Shown piece after piece: positions 19,780 through 28,888 of a stretch of DNA of 64,000 nucleotides. Made by a program: the position numbers and the translations under genes. Source of the stretch: a bacterium (GTDB taxonomy: Bacteria > Actinomycetota > Acidimicrobiia > Acidimicrobiales > Bin134); assembly GCA_026709815.1 (NCBI GenBank), contig JAPOSH010000055.1, positions 4,363 to 68,362 on the forward strand. The letters are read 5' to 3'. The notes under the pieces were generated by a model. That model was not told the origin of the DNA. It was given only the letters and a program-made list of their open reading frames with translations, and did no database searches. Numbering within the stretch: position 1 is the stretch's first letter; each line of letters opens with the position of its first letter.

Positions 19780-22505
19780 TCGCCAGCCTGACCGTAGAGC
19801 AGCCGGGCCGCCACCTCTCGGACCGCGTCGGTGGTCTCCTGGTAGTCGGCTTCCAAGTCCTGGGGGCCGGGATAGCCGAGCCGCCGGGCCAGCAGGAGCT
19901 TTTCGTGCTCATCGTCGGGGAAGACGTCTGACGAGCGCCCGGAGAGGTGGTAGCGGGCGTTGCGGAACCGCTGGCAGAAGCGATAGCCCACATCCAGCGT
20001 GGCCCGATCGCCGATGTCCAGCAGGTTGTGCTCCGACAGGCCGGCCAGCGCCGACAGCGTGCGGCTGTCTTTGATGGAGGTTCGCCCGTAGCCGTGCTGG
20101 AGCTGCATGAGCTGCACCGTGAATTCAATGTCGCTGAGCCCGCCGGCGCCGAGTTTCACATCCCGCGCCTTGCGGCCGGTGCCCAGCCGTTCGGCCTCGA
20201 TGCGGCGCTTCATCGAGCGGATCTCGTCGACTTCCTCATCGCTGAAGTCAGGCCGATAGCACCATTCGTCAGCCAGCTGATGGAAACGCTGCCCGAGTTC
20301 GGGGGCGCCGGCCACAAAACGATGCTTGAGCAGGGCTTGACGCTCCCAAAGCTGGCCCCGCTGGGCATAGTACCGCTGATATCCCTCAAGCGACCGGGCC
20401 AGCTGCCCGCTCTCGCCTTCAGGGCGCAACCGCGCGTCAATCTCCCAGGCCCGCCCCTCTGCGGTTTGGGCCCCGATCTCTTGGAGCAGGCCCCGAGCCG
20501 TGCGATTGGCCGATCGGGCATCATCAGAGCTTGCGCCCTCGTAGACGAAGATCACGTCCAGATCAGAGGCATAGGAAAGATCAAAACCGCCGTAGCGCCC
20601 CAGTCCGATCACGGCAAAGGGCGTCTCCGGGGCCAGCGAACCGACCGCGGCGACCACGGCGGCATCGGCGATAATGGTCAATTCCCGGGGAATCTCGATG
20701 ACCGAGGCCAAACCCAAGATGTCCCGGGCCGCCACCCGCAGCTGCTCGCGGCGCACGAACCGGCGCAGCTCGGCCATTTGCATGTCATGGTCGCCGGCGG
20801 CTGATTGCATCGCCTCGACGGCCTCGGCCGTCAACGTTTCGGCGGTTCGGGCCCCGGCCAGCTCATCGGGGTTCATCAGCGAGGCGGCGAACTCCGGGTG
20901 GTTGCGCATCCACCCGGCGACCACTCGGCTGGAGCCCAGCAGCCGAGCGATATCGCTGATGGCCAGGGGAGAGTCGCGCAGCACGGGCAGAATAGTGCTG
21001 ACCCGATAGGAACCGTCCAGCAGCCAAGCCAGACGGACGAGTCCCAAATCGGGATCGGGGGCGGTGGCCAGGGCTTCCACCATGATCACCAGCACTTGCT
21101 GCATCACATTGGCTCTGCGGCCCAAGTTCTCCGTGAGGCGCTCGATGGCAACCGCCGCCCGATCGGGATCGGCAAAGCCGAGTTGGCCCAGACGTTCGGG
21201 CCGCAGCTCGCTGACCATCCCGGTCTCGTGCAACCGGTCGAGGGTCTGCCGATAGAAGATTCGCTGGTGGATTTCTCGAACCGACCCCTGATGGCGGCGG
21301 TGGGACTCTTGGAACGCGTTCAGGCTTTCGAAGCCCGATGCCAGGGCCGCCCATTCTCGGTCGGCGTCGTCGGCGGGCAGCTCATGAGTCTGGCGCTCGT
21401 CGCGGAGCTGCAACCGGTGCTCCACGGTGCGAAGGTGGATATAGGCCGTGGTGAAGTGGACGGCGTCGGCCTGGTCGATGTACTCGCCCCAGCTGAGCTG
21501 ACGCAGCGCGGTGAGGGTGTTGGGAGAGCGGATGGAAGGGTCGGCGCGGCCGTGAACCAGTTGGAGAAGCTGCACGGTGAACTCGATGTCGCGCAGGCCG
21601 CCCGGCCCCTTCTTCAGCTCTCGGCTGCCCTTGCGCTTGGCCGAATCCTCCACTCGCAGCTTCAGGGCGCGGAGATGGGGCACCGTGTCGGCTTCCAAGT
21701 TCTCGCCCCACACCCCTGGTTTGACGGCATCGAAAAAGGCATTCCCCAGTTCGCGATCACCGGCTGTCAGTCGGGTTTTGATGTAGGCCTGTCGCTCCCA
21801 GGGCACCGCCCACCGGTCGAAGTAGGTTCCGAACGCCTCGGGGGTGCGGCTCAACGCTCCCGCCCCTCCCTCGGGTCGCAATTCGATATCCACCCGATAA
21901 ACCTGCCCCTCGGGCGTGAACGCGGTGAGAATCTCCAGAACCCTCCGGGCCCGACGAGCCGCGGCGGCAGAGTTCCCCTCGTGGACGAACACGATGTCTA
22001 CGTCGCTGGCGTAGTTCAACTCGTTGCCCCCCAGCTTGCCCATGCCGATGACGGCCAAAGGCGGGCCCTCGTCAGCGATCTCCAAGGCCCGGGCGAAACA
22101 GGCATCGGCCAACACCGACAGCTCCCGGCCAACGGTGGCCAAGTCGGCTTCCCCCAGCAGGTCGCGCAGGGCGATGCGCAAGAGCTGCCGCCGCTTCCAC
22201 CGCCTCAAGCCATCGAGGGCGTCGTCATCATCGGGAGCGACCAGGGATGTCTTCTCGGCGGCGAACCCAGACGGGGGATCAAGCACATCGAGCAGGCTGG
22301 GGTCGCGTCGCACCGCCTTGCTCATGCTTCGGGAAGCCCCCGCCAGCATGGCCGCCGCCCGGGCGCGGCGCTCGTCGGTGATGCCGAGGTCGTCGATGAG
22401 CGAACGGGCATCTGCGGGCCACGGACAAGCGGCGATCAGACGCTCCACTTCCCTGTTCTGCTGCACCTGGCGGCTGGCGTCCATATCATCGGTGGGCATG
22501 AGCAC
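19776..22505 (-). CDS. glnE: bifunctional glutamine synthetase adenylyltransferase/adenylyl-removing enzyme GlnE
   Basis: 909 aa with two nucleotidyltransferase repeats (GMGKLGGNELNYASDVDIVFV and GLGRYGGFDLSYASDLDVIFV). Confidence 0.9.
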   Translation of the reverse strand: MLMPTDDMDASRQVQQNREVERLIAACPWPADARSLIDDLGITDERRARAAAMLAGASRSMSKAVRRDPSLLDVLDPPSGFAAEKTSLVAPDDDDALDGLRRWKRRQLLRIALRDLLGEADLATVGRELSVLADACFARALEIADEGPPLAVIGMGKLGGNELNYASDVDIVFVHEGNSAAAARRARRVLEILTAFTPEGQVYRVDIELRPEGGAGALSRTPEAFGTYFDRWAVPWERQAYIKTRLTAGDRELGNAFFDAVKPGVWGENLEADTVPHLRALKLRVEDSAKRKGSRELKKGPGGLRDIEFTVQLLQLVHGRADPSIRSPNTLTALRQLSWGEYIDQADAVHFTTAYIHLRTVEHRLQLRDERQTHELPADDADREWAALASGFESLNAFQESHRRHQGSVREIHQRIFYRQTLDRLHETGMVSELRPERLGQLGFADPDRAAVAIERLTENLGRRANVMQQVLVIMVEALATAPDPDLGLVRLAWLLDGSYRVSTILPVLRDSPLAISDIARLLGSSRVVAGWMRNHPEFAASLMNPDELAGARTAETLTAEAVEAMQSAAGDHDMQMAELRRFVRREQLRVAARDILGLASVIEIPRELTIIADAAVVAAVGSLAPETPFAVIGLGRYGGFDLSYASDLDVIFVYEGASSDDARSANRTARGLLQEIGAQTAEGRAWEIDARLRPEGESGQLARSLEGYQRYYAQRGQLWERQALLKHRFVAGAPELGQRFHQLADEWCYRPDFSDEEVDEIRSMKRRIEAERLGTGRKARDVKLGAGGLSDIEFTVQLMQLQHGYGRTSIKDSRTLSALAGLSEHNLLDIGDRATLDVGYRFCQRFRNARYHLSGRSSDVFPDDEHEKLLLARRLGYPGPQDLEADYQETTDAVREVAARLLYGQAGD

Positions 22506-22845
22506 TCCTATTGGACCCTATTCTCCCATAGTCCGGGCGGGAGGCTTCCTCATCTGTTCGGGACAGATCGGGATTGCCGGCGGCTCGCTGGTGCGGGGCG
22601 GGCTCATCGCCCAATTCCGCCAAGCGGTAGCCAACGCCGAAGCGGTGCTGGCCACCGAGGGGGCCACGCTGGGCGATGTGGTCAAAACCACCGTATTCCT
22701 GCTTCACATGAACGACTTCGACACAATGAATGAGGCCTACGTCGAGTGCTTCGGCGGCAACCGCCCCGCCCGCTCCGCCATAGGCGTCGACGCCCTGCCC
22801 CTTGGCGCCCTCGTGGAAATCGAGCTGTTGGCCTACACCGGCTGA
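22498..22845 (+). CDS. RidA/YjgF-family reactive-intermediate deaminase
   Basis: Internal ATG at 22498 in the 22024..22845 frame gives MSTPIGPYSPIVRAGGFLICSGQIG...TTVFLLHMNDF...ARSAIGV..LPLGALVEIE. Divergent from glnE, with an 8-nt overlap of the two starts. Confidence 0.85.
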   Translation: MSTPIGPYSPIVRAGGFLICSGQIGIAGGSLVRGGLIAQFRQAVANAEAVLATEGATLGDVVKTTVFLLHMNDFDTMNEAYVECFGGNRPARSAIGVDALPLGALVEIELLAYTG

Positions 22846-22849
22846 CGTG

Positions 22850-23515
22850 TCAACGCTCCCAGCGGGAAAGGCCGAAGCGGTAGCCGACCGATCTCACCGT
22901 GGTGATCAGACCGGCGTGTTGCTCGCCGAGCTTGGCCCGCAGGCGCCGCACGTGGACATCCACGGTACGGGCGCCGCCGAAGTAGTCGTAGCCCCAAACC
23001 CGGCTGAGCAGCGTCTCGCGGGTGAACACCTTGCCGGGAGAGCCCGCCAGGAACTTGAGCAGCTCATACTCCATGTAGGTGAGGTCGAGAGGCCGGCCGG
23101 CAATGGTGGCCTGATAAGTCTCCACGTTCAGCACCATGGGGCCGTATTCGATCAGTTCGGGGCGCAGGGCGGTTCCCGACCGCCACACCAAGTGGGCCAG
23201 CCGGGCTTCCAGCTCCCGCTGGTGGAAGGGGGTGAGGCAGAAGTCGGTGTAGAGGTCGTCGCGCATGTCCAGTTCGTCCAACTGCGCGCCGGACACCAAC
23301 AACAGCACCGGGATGTCCAGGCCCCGGCGGGCGAGAGCGCGGGAGAAACCGAAGGCATCATCAGGACTCTCCTGAGCGGAAACCACCGCTCCCAGCCACC
23401 GGCCCTCCAGTTCTTGGGCGCTGCCCGCGGCTTTCCAGTTGTATCCCCCCAAGTCCAGCGTGCGAACCAGCTCCGGCGGGGGCGGATCAGGAAAGACGAG
23501 CAGCGGCTCAGTCAC
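22850..23515 (-). CDS. glnR: GlnR-like orphan OmpR-family response regulator
   Basis: C-terminal winged helix (LTYMEYELLKFLAGSPGKVFTRETLLSRVWGYDYFGGARTVDVHVRRLRAKLG) behind an atypical receiver with no obvious acidic pocket. It sits between glnA2 and ridA/glnE. Start trimmed to the GTG at 23515, just after the glnA2 stop. Confidence 0.75.
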   Translation of the reverse strand: MTEPLLVFPDPPPPELVRTLDLGGYNWKAAGSAQELEGRWLGAVVSAQESPDDAFGFSRALARRGLDIPVLLLVSGAQLDELDMRDDLYTDFCLTPFHQRELEARLAHLVWRSGTALRPELIEYGPMVLNVETYQATIAGRPLDLTYMEYELLKFLAGSPGKVFTRETLLSRVWGYDYFGGARTVDVHVRRLRAKLGEQHAGLITTVRSVGYRFGLSRWER

Positions 23516-23520
23516 GGCGG

Positions 23521-24855
23521 TCACCAGGTGTTCAGATACCGGCGGAGTTCGAAGGGCGTGACCTCCCGGCGGTATTCGGCGAACTCGGCCCGCTTGTTGC
23601 GCAGGAACCACTCGTGTATGTGCTCGCCCAGCACCTCGGCCATCAGCGGCGACGACTCCAGAACGTCTAAGGCCTCCGACAGCGACATGGGGAGTTCCGC
23701 GAAGCCTTTGGCGCGGGCTTGGCCTCTGCTCATGGTATAGAGGTCGGCGGACGCCTCCGGGGGCAGCTCGTAGCCCTCCTTCACCCCGTTCAACCCGGCG
23801 GCCAGCACCGCGGAGAACGCCAGATAGGGGTTGGCCGCCGAGTCCAGCGCCCGGTATTCGATTCGAGTGGACGACTCCTTGCCCGGCTTGACCACCGGCA
23901 CCCGCACCAAAGCAGAGCGGTTGTTGCGGGCCCACGAGACAAACGTGGGCGCTTCGTCGCCGGCCACCAGCCGCTTGTAGCTGTTCACCAACTGGTTGGT
24001 CACCGCGGTGATCTCCCGGGCGTGGTGCAAGAGGCCGGCGATGAAGGCTTTGGCCGTTTCCGACAGGCCGTAGTCGTCACCGGGGTCGTGGAAGGCGTTC
24101 ACGTCGTTCTCGAACAGCGACATGTGGGTGTGCATCCCCGACCCCTGCACGCCGTTCAGCGGCTTGGGCATGAACGTGGCATGCAGCTCCCGATCCAGCG
24201 CCAGCTTGCGCACCACCAGCCGCAGGGTCATCACGTTGTCGGCCATGCTCAGCGCCTCGGTGTAGCGCAGGTCGATCTCATGCTGGCTGGGACTCTCCTC
24301 ATGAAAGGAGTACTCCACTGGAATGCCCATGGCCTCCAACATGGTGATCGTGCGCTTGCGCAGGGGGCTGGCCACATCCGCGGTGGTCAAATCGAAATAG
24401 GAGGCGCGGTCCAGCGGCACCAGGGGCTGGTCCGGGTCGCTGTGGCGGAAATAGAAGAACTCCACCTCGGGGGCGGTGTAGAAGGTATAGCCCATCTCGG
24501 CGGCTTTGGACAGGCTGCGCCGCATCACCCAACGGGGATCGCCGGCGAAGGGGGTGCCGTCAGGATTGCGGATGTCGCAGAAGATCCGGCCCGAGGGCTC
24601 TTCGGGGTCGGCCCACGGCAGCAGCTCGAAGGTGGCGGCATCGGGCACGGCCAGCACATCGCTCTCCTGCACTCGGGAGAAGCCGTCGATGGCCGACCCG
24701 TCGAATTGCAGCCCCTCGTCAAAGGCGTCGGCCAGCTCGGCCGGGGAGATGGCCACCGACTTGAGCTGGCCCAGTACGTCGGTGAACCAGAGTCGGATGA
24801 GCCGCACCCCCCGCTCCTCCACAGTGCGGAGCACATAGTCCTTTTGCGGTTCCAT
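23521..24855 (-). CDS. glnA2: glutamine synthetase, GlnA2-type (type I, about 445 aa)
   Basis: 444 aa. IRLWFTDVLGQLKSVAI, FDGSAIDGF, GSGMHTHMSLF and NRSALVRVP are GS motifs. Confidence 0.9.
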   Translation of the reverse strand: MEPQKDYVLRTVEERGVRLIRLWFTDVLGQLKSVAISPAELADAFDEGLQFDGSAIDGFSRVQESDVLAVPDAATFELLPWADPEEPSGRIFCDIRNPDGTPFAGDPRWVMRRSLSKAAEMGYTFYTAPEVEFFYFRHSDPDQPLVPLDRASYFDLTTADVASPLRKRTITMLEAMGIPVEYSFHEESPSQHEIDLRYTEALSMADNVMTLRLVVRKLALDRELHATFMPKPLNGVQGSGMHTHMSLFENDVNAFHDPGDDYGLSETAKAFIAGLLHHAREITAVTNQLVNSYKRLVAGDEAPTFVSWARNNRSALVRVPVVKPGKESSTRIEYRALDSAANPYLAFSAVLAAGLNGVKEGYELPPEASADLYTMSRGQARAKGFAELPMSLSEALDVLESSPLMAEVLGEHIHEWFLRNKRAEFAEYRREVTPFELRRYLNTW

Positions 24856-24955
24856 GGCGAGCTACCGGTGTGGGCCGGCCGAGGGTCTCCAAGGTTTCAT
24901 AGGACTCCAACAGCGTGCCCTGCCAACAGTCGCCGGCGCCAGCCCATTGGCAACG

Positions 24956-24993
24956 TTCACAGAGCTTTTACAATCGGGAAAAACTCTGGAAAC
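24956..24993. promoter_or_regulatory. four phased pentamers resembling GlnR-box half-sites in the glnA2/glnA divergent intergenic region
   Basis: TTCAC-n6-TTTAC-n6-GAAAA-n6-GAAAC with 11-bp phasing, 73 nt upstream of the glnA GTG. The pentamers resemble the published gTnAc / GaAAc GlnR a/b sites, but their order (a,a,b,b) differs from the canonical a-b-a-b. Confidence 0.3.
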
Positions 24994-25065
24994 TCAGCAC
25001 TGCGACAATGAGCTGTGCCCTTGCCGCTTGTGGGAGAGCGAGGGCTGGAAAAGGAGGAACCCACT

Positions 25066-26490
25066 GTGTCAACTCCCCAGGAGATCATCGCACTGGCCGC
25101 GTCTGAGGGGGCGGAGTTCGTGGACATGCGCTTCACCGACGTCCCCGGAGTGCAGCACCACTTCTCGCTTCCTATCAGCCAGTTGACCGAATCGGTGTTT
25201 GAGGAGGGCCTCGGCTTCGACGGCTCCTCGGTGAGCGGCTTCCAAACCATCGACGCCTCAGACATGCTGCTCATCCCCGATCCCGCCACTGCGATCTTCG
25301 ACCCGTTCACCCAGCGCAAGACCTTGGTGCTGCTGTGCGACGTGAAAGATCCCGTCACCGGCGAGATGTACGGCAAAGATCCCCGCGGCGTGGTACGCCG
25401 CTCCCTGGCCTATTTGGCCAGTACCAGGATCGCCGATGCCGCCTATTTCGGGCCGGAGGCTGAGTTCTTCATTTTCGACAGCGTGGCCTTCCAGAACCAT
25501 CCCGATGTGGCCGGGTATCAGATCCGCTCGGCGGAGGGCATCTTTGAGAGCGGTCGACCCTCGGTGAGCGGCGCGCCCAGTCCCGGGCACCGCATCCCCT
25601 ACAAGGGGGGATATTTCCCGCTGGCGCCGATGGACACCTTTCAAGATCTGCGTTCGGAGATGGTGGTGGCGCTCGAGTCGGTGGGCATCCCCATCGAAGT
25701 CCAGCACCACGAGGTGGGCACCGCCGGACAAGCCGAGATCGACATGGAGTTCGACGAGATGCTGACCATGGCCGACAAGGTGCAGCTGTACAAGTATGTG
25801 GTGAAGAATGTGGCCCGCCAGCACGGCTGCACCGCCACATTCATGCCCAAGCCCATCTACGGCGACAACGGCTCGGGCATGCACACCCACCAATCCCTGT
25901 GGCGCGACGGCGACACGCTGATGTACGACGAGCGGGGATACGCCGGACTGTCCGACGTGGCCCGCTGGTACATCGGCGGCCTCTTGGCCCACGCCCCGGC
26001 GATCTTGGCCTTCGCCGCTCCCACCACCAACTCCTACAAACGGCTGGTGCCCGGCTACGAGGCCCCGGTGAACCTGGCCTATTCCCAGCGCAATCGCTCG
26101 GCGGCCATCCGCATCCCGCTGCTCTCCGACAACCCCAAGGCCAAGCGGCTGGAGTTCCGGTGCCCGGACCCCAGCGCCAACCCCTATCTGGCGTTCGCCG
26201 CCATGCTCATGGCCGGCATCGACGGGATCCAGAACCAGATGGATCCGGGCGAACCGCTGGACAAGAACATCTACGACCTGCCGCCCGACGAGGCTGCGGG
26301 CATTGAAACAGTGCCCGGGTCGCTGAGCGCGGCGCTGGAGGCCCTCGAGGCCGACCACGATTTCCTGCTCGCGGGCGACGTGTTCAACTCCGCGCTGATC
26401 GAGTCCTACCTCGAGGTCAAGCAGGAAGAGGTAGATGCAGTCAATCTGCGGCCTCATCCCCTCGAGTTCGAGATGTACTACTCCGTCTAG
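25066..26490 (+). CDS. glnA: glutamine synthetase type I (GlnA)
   Basis: GTG at 25066 with AAGGAGG 9 nt upstream. FVDMRFTDVPG, FDGSSVSGF, NGSGMHTHQSLW and NRSAAIRIP are present. NIYDLPP is a likely adenylylation-site Tyr context, which fits the glnE nearby. Confidence 0.9.
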   Translation: MSTPQEIIALAASEGAEFVDMRFTDVPGVQHHFSLPISQLTESVFEEGLGFDGSSVSGFQTIDASDMLLIPDPATAIFDPFTQRKTLVLLCDVKDPVTGEMYGKDPRGVVRRSLAYLASTRIADAAYFGPEAEFFIFDSVAFQNHPDVAGYQIRSAEGIFESGRPSVSGAPSPGHRIPYKGGYFPLAPMDTFQDLRSEMVVALESVGIPIEVQHHEVGTAGQAEIDMEFDEMLTMADKVQLYKYVVKNVARQHGCTATFMPKPIYGDNGSGMHTHQSLWRDGDTLMYDERGYAGLSDVARWYIGGLLAHAPAILAFAAPTTNSYKRLVPGYEAPVNLAYSQRNRSAAIRIPLLSDNPKAKRLEFRCPDPSANPYLAFAAMLMAGIDGIQNQMDPGEPLDKNIYDLPPDEAAGIETVPGSLSAALEALEADHDFLLAGDVFNSALIESYLEVKQEEVDAVNLRPHPLEFEMYYSV

Positions 26491-26549
26491 GCGCGGACAC
26501 CACCGCCCAACCAATCTGCTTTCGGGCTTCACACCACTAACCTGAACTC

Positions 26550-28205
26550 GTGGCCATGCTGCGGGTGGCTTTGTGCCAGATCAACTCAGTGGTCGGCGAT
26601 ATCGGCGCCAACACCGAGCGCGTGCTCGCTGCGATGGAGGACGCTGAGGCTGCCGGCTGCCAGGCAGCGGTGTTCCCAGAACTGGCCGTCACCGGCTACC
26701 CCCCTGAGGATCTGGTGCTCAAGCGGCGGTTTGTGCAGGACAGCCGCCGTGCGATGGAACACATAGCGGCCCGCTCCCGGTCATGTACCGCAGTCGTGGG
26801 GTTCGCAGACGATGTCGGCGGTTGCCGAAACGCCGCGGGGATCGCGTGCGGCGGCCGTCTGCTGCGGGTCTACCACAAGCGGCAACTCCCCAACTACGGC
26901 GTGTTCGACGAGCGCCGTTATTTTCAGCCTGGTACCGGCGATCCTGTTCTCCACGACATCGCCGGCGTCGCAGTCGGCGTCTCCGTCTGCGAAGACGCAT
27001 GGGTGGCGGGCGGCCCGATGGCTCAGATGGCCGCCGCCGGCGCCGAGGTTCTCTTCAACCTGAATGCCTCTCCGTACCACGCGGGCAAGCGGGATCAGCG
27101 CCTGGAAATCCTCCGGCGCCGCAGTGCGGAGACCGGCTGCGCCATCGCTTATGTCAATCTGGTGGGCGGCCAAGACGAGTTGGTGTTCGACGGCGCCTCG
27201 CTGGTCATGGCGGCCGATGGCCGCGTCATCGCCCAGGCCCCCCCGTTCCGAGAACACCTGCTGATCGCCGAGGTGGAGGTGGCCGACCGGCCCGAGCTAG
27301 CCGAGCAGCCCGCCATCGCCACGGAGATCAACCCGGTGGCGGATGGCTTGGACGGACTCGACGAGCAATACGAGGCCCTGGTGCTGGCTACCCGGGACTA
27401 TGTGCACAAGAACGGCTTCACCGACGTGGGCATCGGCATGTCGGGGGGGATCGACTCCTCGCTGGTGGCGGTTATCGCCGCCGACGCCCTCGGGGCCAGC
27501 CATGTCCACGGCGTTTTGATGCCTTCTCGCTATTCCAGCGACCACTCGGTGGCCGATGCCGAAGCACTGTGCCGCAACCTGGGCATCGACCACCGGATCG
27601 TGCCCGTGGAGCCCGGCCATCAGGCCTTCCTCGACATGCTGGCGCCATCGTTCGACGGCCTCGACCCCGACCTGGCCGAAGAGAACGTGCAGTCCCGCAT
27701 CCGGGGGACGCTGCTCATGGCGCTGTCCAACAAGTTCGGCTGGCTGATCCTCACCACCGGGAACAAGAGCGAGAGCGCAGTGGGCTATTCCACGCTGTAC
27801 GGCGACACAGCCGGGGCCTATGCCGTGATCAAAGACCTGTGGAAACTCCAGGTCTACGCCTTCGCCCGACGCCGCAACCAGCGGGCCGGCCGCGATCTCA
27901 TCCCCGAGAACGTTTTGACCAAGCCGCCGTCGGCCGAACTGCGGCCCGACCAGCAAGACGACCAGAGCCTTCCCCCCTACGACGTGCTCGATCCGCTGCT
28001 CGAGGCTTATGTGGAGGACGACCTCACCGTCGACGACCTGTGTGAGCAGGGTTACGACCCCGCACTGGTGAGCCGCATCGGTGCCATGGTAGACCGAGCC
28101 GAGTACAAGCGGCGTCAGAACCCCCCCGGCGTGCGCATCACCGCCAAGGCTTTCGGCCGAGACCGCCGGTTACCCATCACCAATCACTACCGGGGACGGC
28201 GCTGA
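26550..28205 (+). CDS. nadE: glutamine-dependent NAD+ synthetase NadE
   Basis: 551 aa: N-terminal nitrilase-type domain (LRVALCQIN...FPELAVTGY...CED) plus a synthetase domain with GMSGGIDSS. Confidence 0.9.
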   Translation: MAMLRVALCQINSVVGDIGANTERVLAAMEDAEAAGCQAAVFPELAVTGYPPEDLVLKRRFVQDSRRAMEHIAARSRSCTAVVGFADDVGGCRNAAGIACGGRLLRVYHKRQLPNYGVFDERRYFQPGTGDPVLHDIAGVAVGVSVCEDAWVAGGPMAQMAAAGAEVLFNLNASPYHAGKRDQRLEILRRRSAETGCAIAYVNLVGGQDELVFDGASLVMAADGRVIAQAPPFREHLLIAEVEVADRPELAEQPAIATEINPVADGLDGLDEQYEALVLATRDYVHKNGFTDVGIGMSGGIDSSLVAVIAADALGASHVHGVLMPSRYSSDHSVADAEALCRNLGIDHRIVPVEPGHQAFLDMLAPSFDGLDPDLAEENVQSRIRGTLLMALSNKFGWLILTTGNKSESAVGYSTLYGDTAGAYAVIKDLWKLQVYAFARRRNQRAGRDLIPENVLTKPPSAELRPDQQDDQSLPPYDVLDPLLEAYVEDDLTVDDLCEQGYDPALVSRIGAMVDRAEYKRRQNPPGVRITAKAFGRDRRLPITNHYRGRR

Positions 28206-28207
28206 GC

Positions 28208-28762
28208 ATGGACATCGAGCAGTTGAGCGATGCCTGTGGCGGGCTGGCCTGGATATCGGAGCGGCTGTTCGAGATCCAAGGCCGCTTGGCCACCGGCCCC
28301 GATGCCGACGGCGCGCTGGACGCCCGCTCTCGGGCTTTTCTGGCCCGATCCAGCCGTCACCATGGGCAGCACGCCCAATGGTGGCGGGCAGCGCTGCCCG
28401 ATTCGCCGGCTTTGGCCGCCCACAACCGAGTTCGCCCGCCCACGCAAGCCTGGGCCCGACTGATCGGCCACATAGAAGTCGCCGCACCGGGTGCCGCGGT
28501 TGACGCGCTTTGTGAAGTGGCTCTGCCCCAGCTGAGCTTTGTGATCGAGTGCCTAGGCCGTGAGCTGTCGCCGGTGAGCGACGGCGCCGTGATGCGCACG
28601 GCTCGCATGGTGGCCGCCGATTTGGCGGAGGGGCGGCGCGATGCGAAGAAGGCGTGGACTCCGCCGAACACCTCCGCTGCCGGTGCGCCCGAGGAACTGG
28701 CTTCTGGCTTTGCCGCCGACGACCGCGAAAAAAGATGGCCTCCACTGGTGACACATCTGTGA
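28208..28762 (+). CDS. hypothetical protein, translationally adjacent to nadE
   Basis: 184-aa ORF starting 3 nt after the nadE stop. I recognise no family; coding is inferred only from length, position and GC3-rich codons. Confidence 0.45.
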   Translation: MDIEQLSDACGGLAWISERLFEIQGRLATGPDADGALDARSRAFLARSSRHHGQHAQWWRAALPDSPALAAHNRVRPPTQAWARLIGHIEVAAPGAAVDALCEVALPQLSFVIECLGRELSPVSDGAVMRTARMVAADLAEGRRDAKKAWTPPNTSAAGAPEELASGFAADDREKRWPPLVTHL

Positions 28763-28778
28763 TGAAGCGGGTAGCCTT

Positions 28779-28825
28779 ACCGGTCAAACATTGTCTGTGT
28801 CTCTGCTCGGTCAGCGTTGACCGGT
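28779..28825. repeat. 9-bp perfect inverted repeat ACCGGTCAA ... TTGACCGGT (29-nt spacer) upstream of the sigma factor gene
   Basis: ACCGGTCAA at 28779-28787 and its exact reverse complement at 28817-28825. It lies in the 5' region of the sigma-70 gene: upstream of the GTG at 28889, and overlapping the alternative TTG at 28817. Confidence 0.6.
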
Positions 28826-28888
28826 CCGACAGCGGTGTCGGTAACCATTCGGATTATCGAGCCCAATGACCATCGGGAAGGTGTGACT

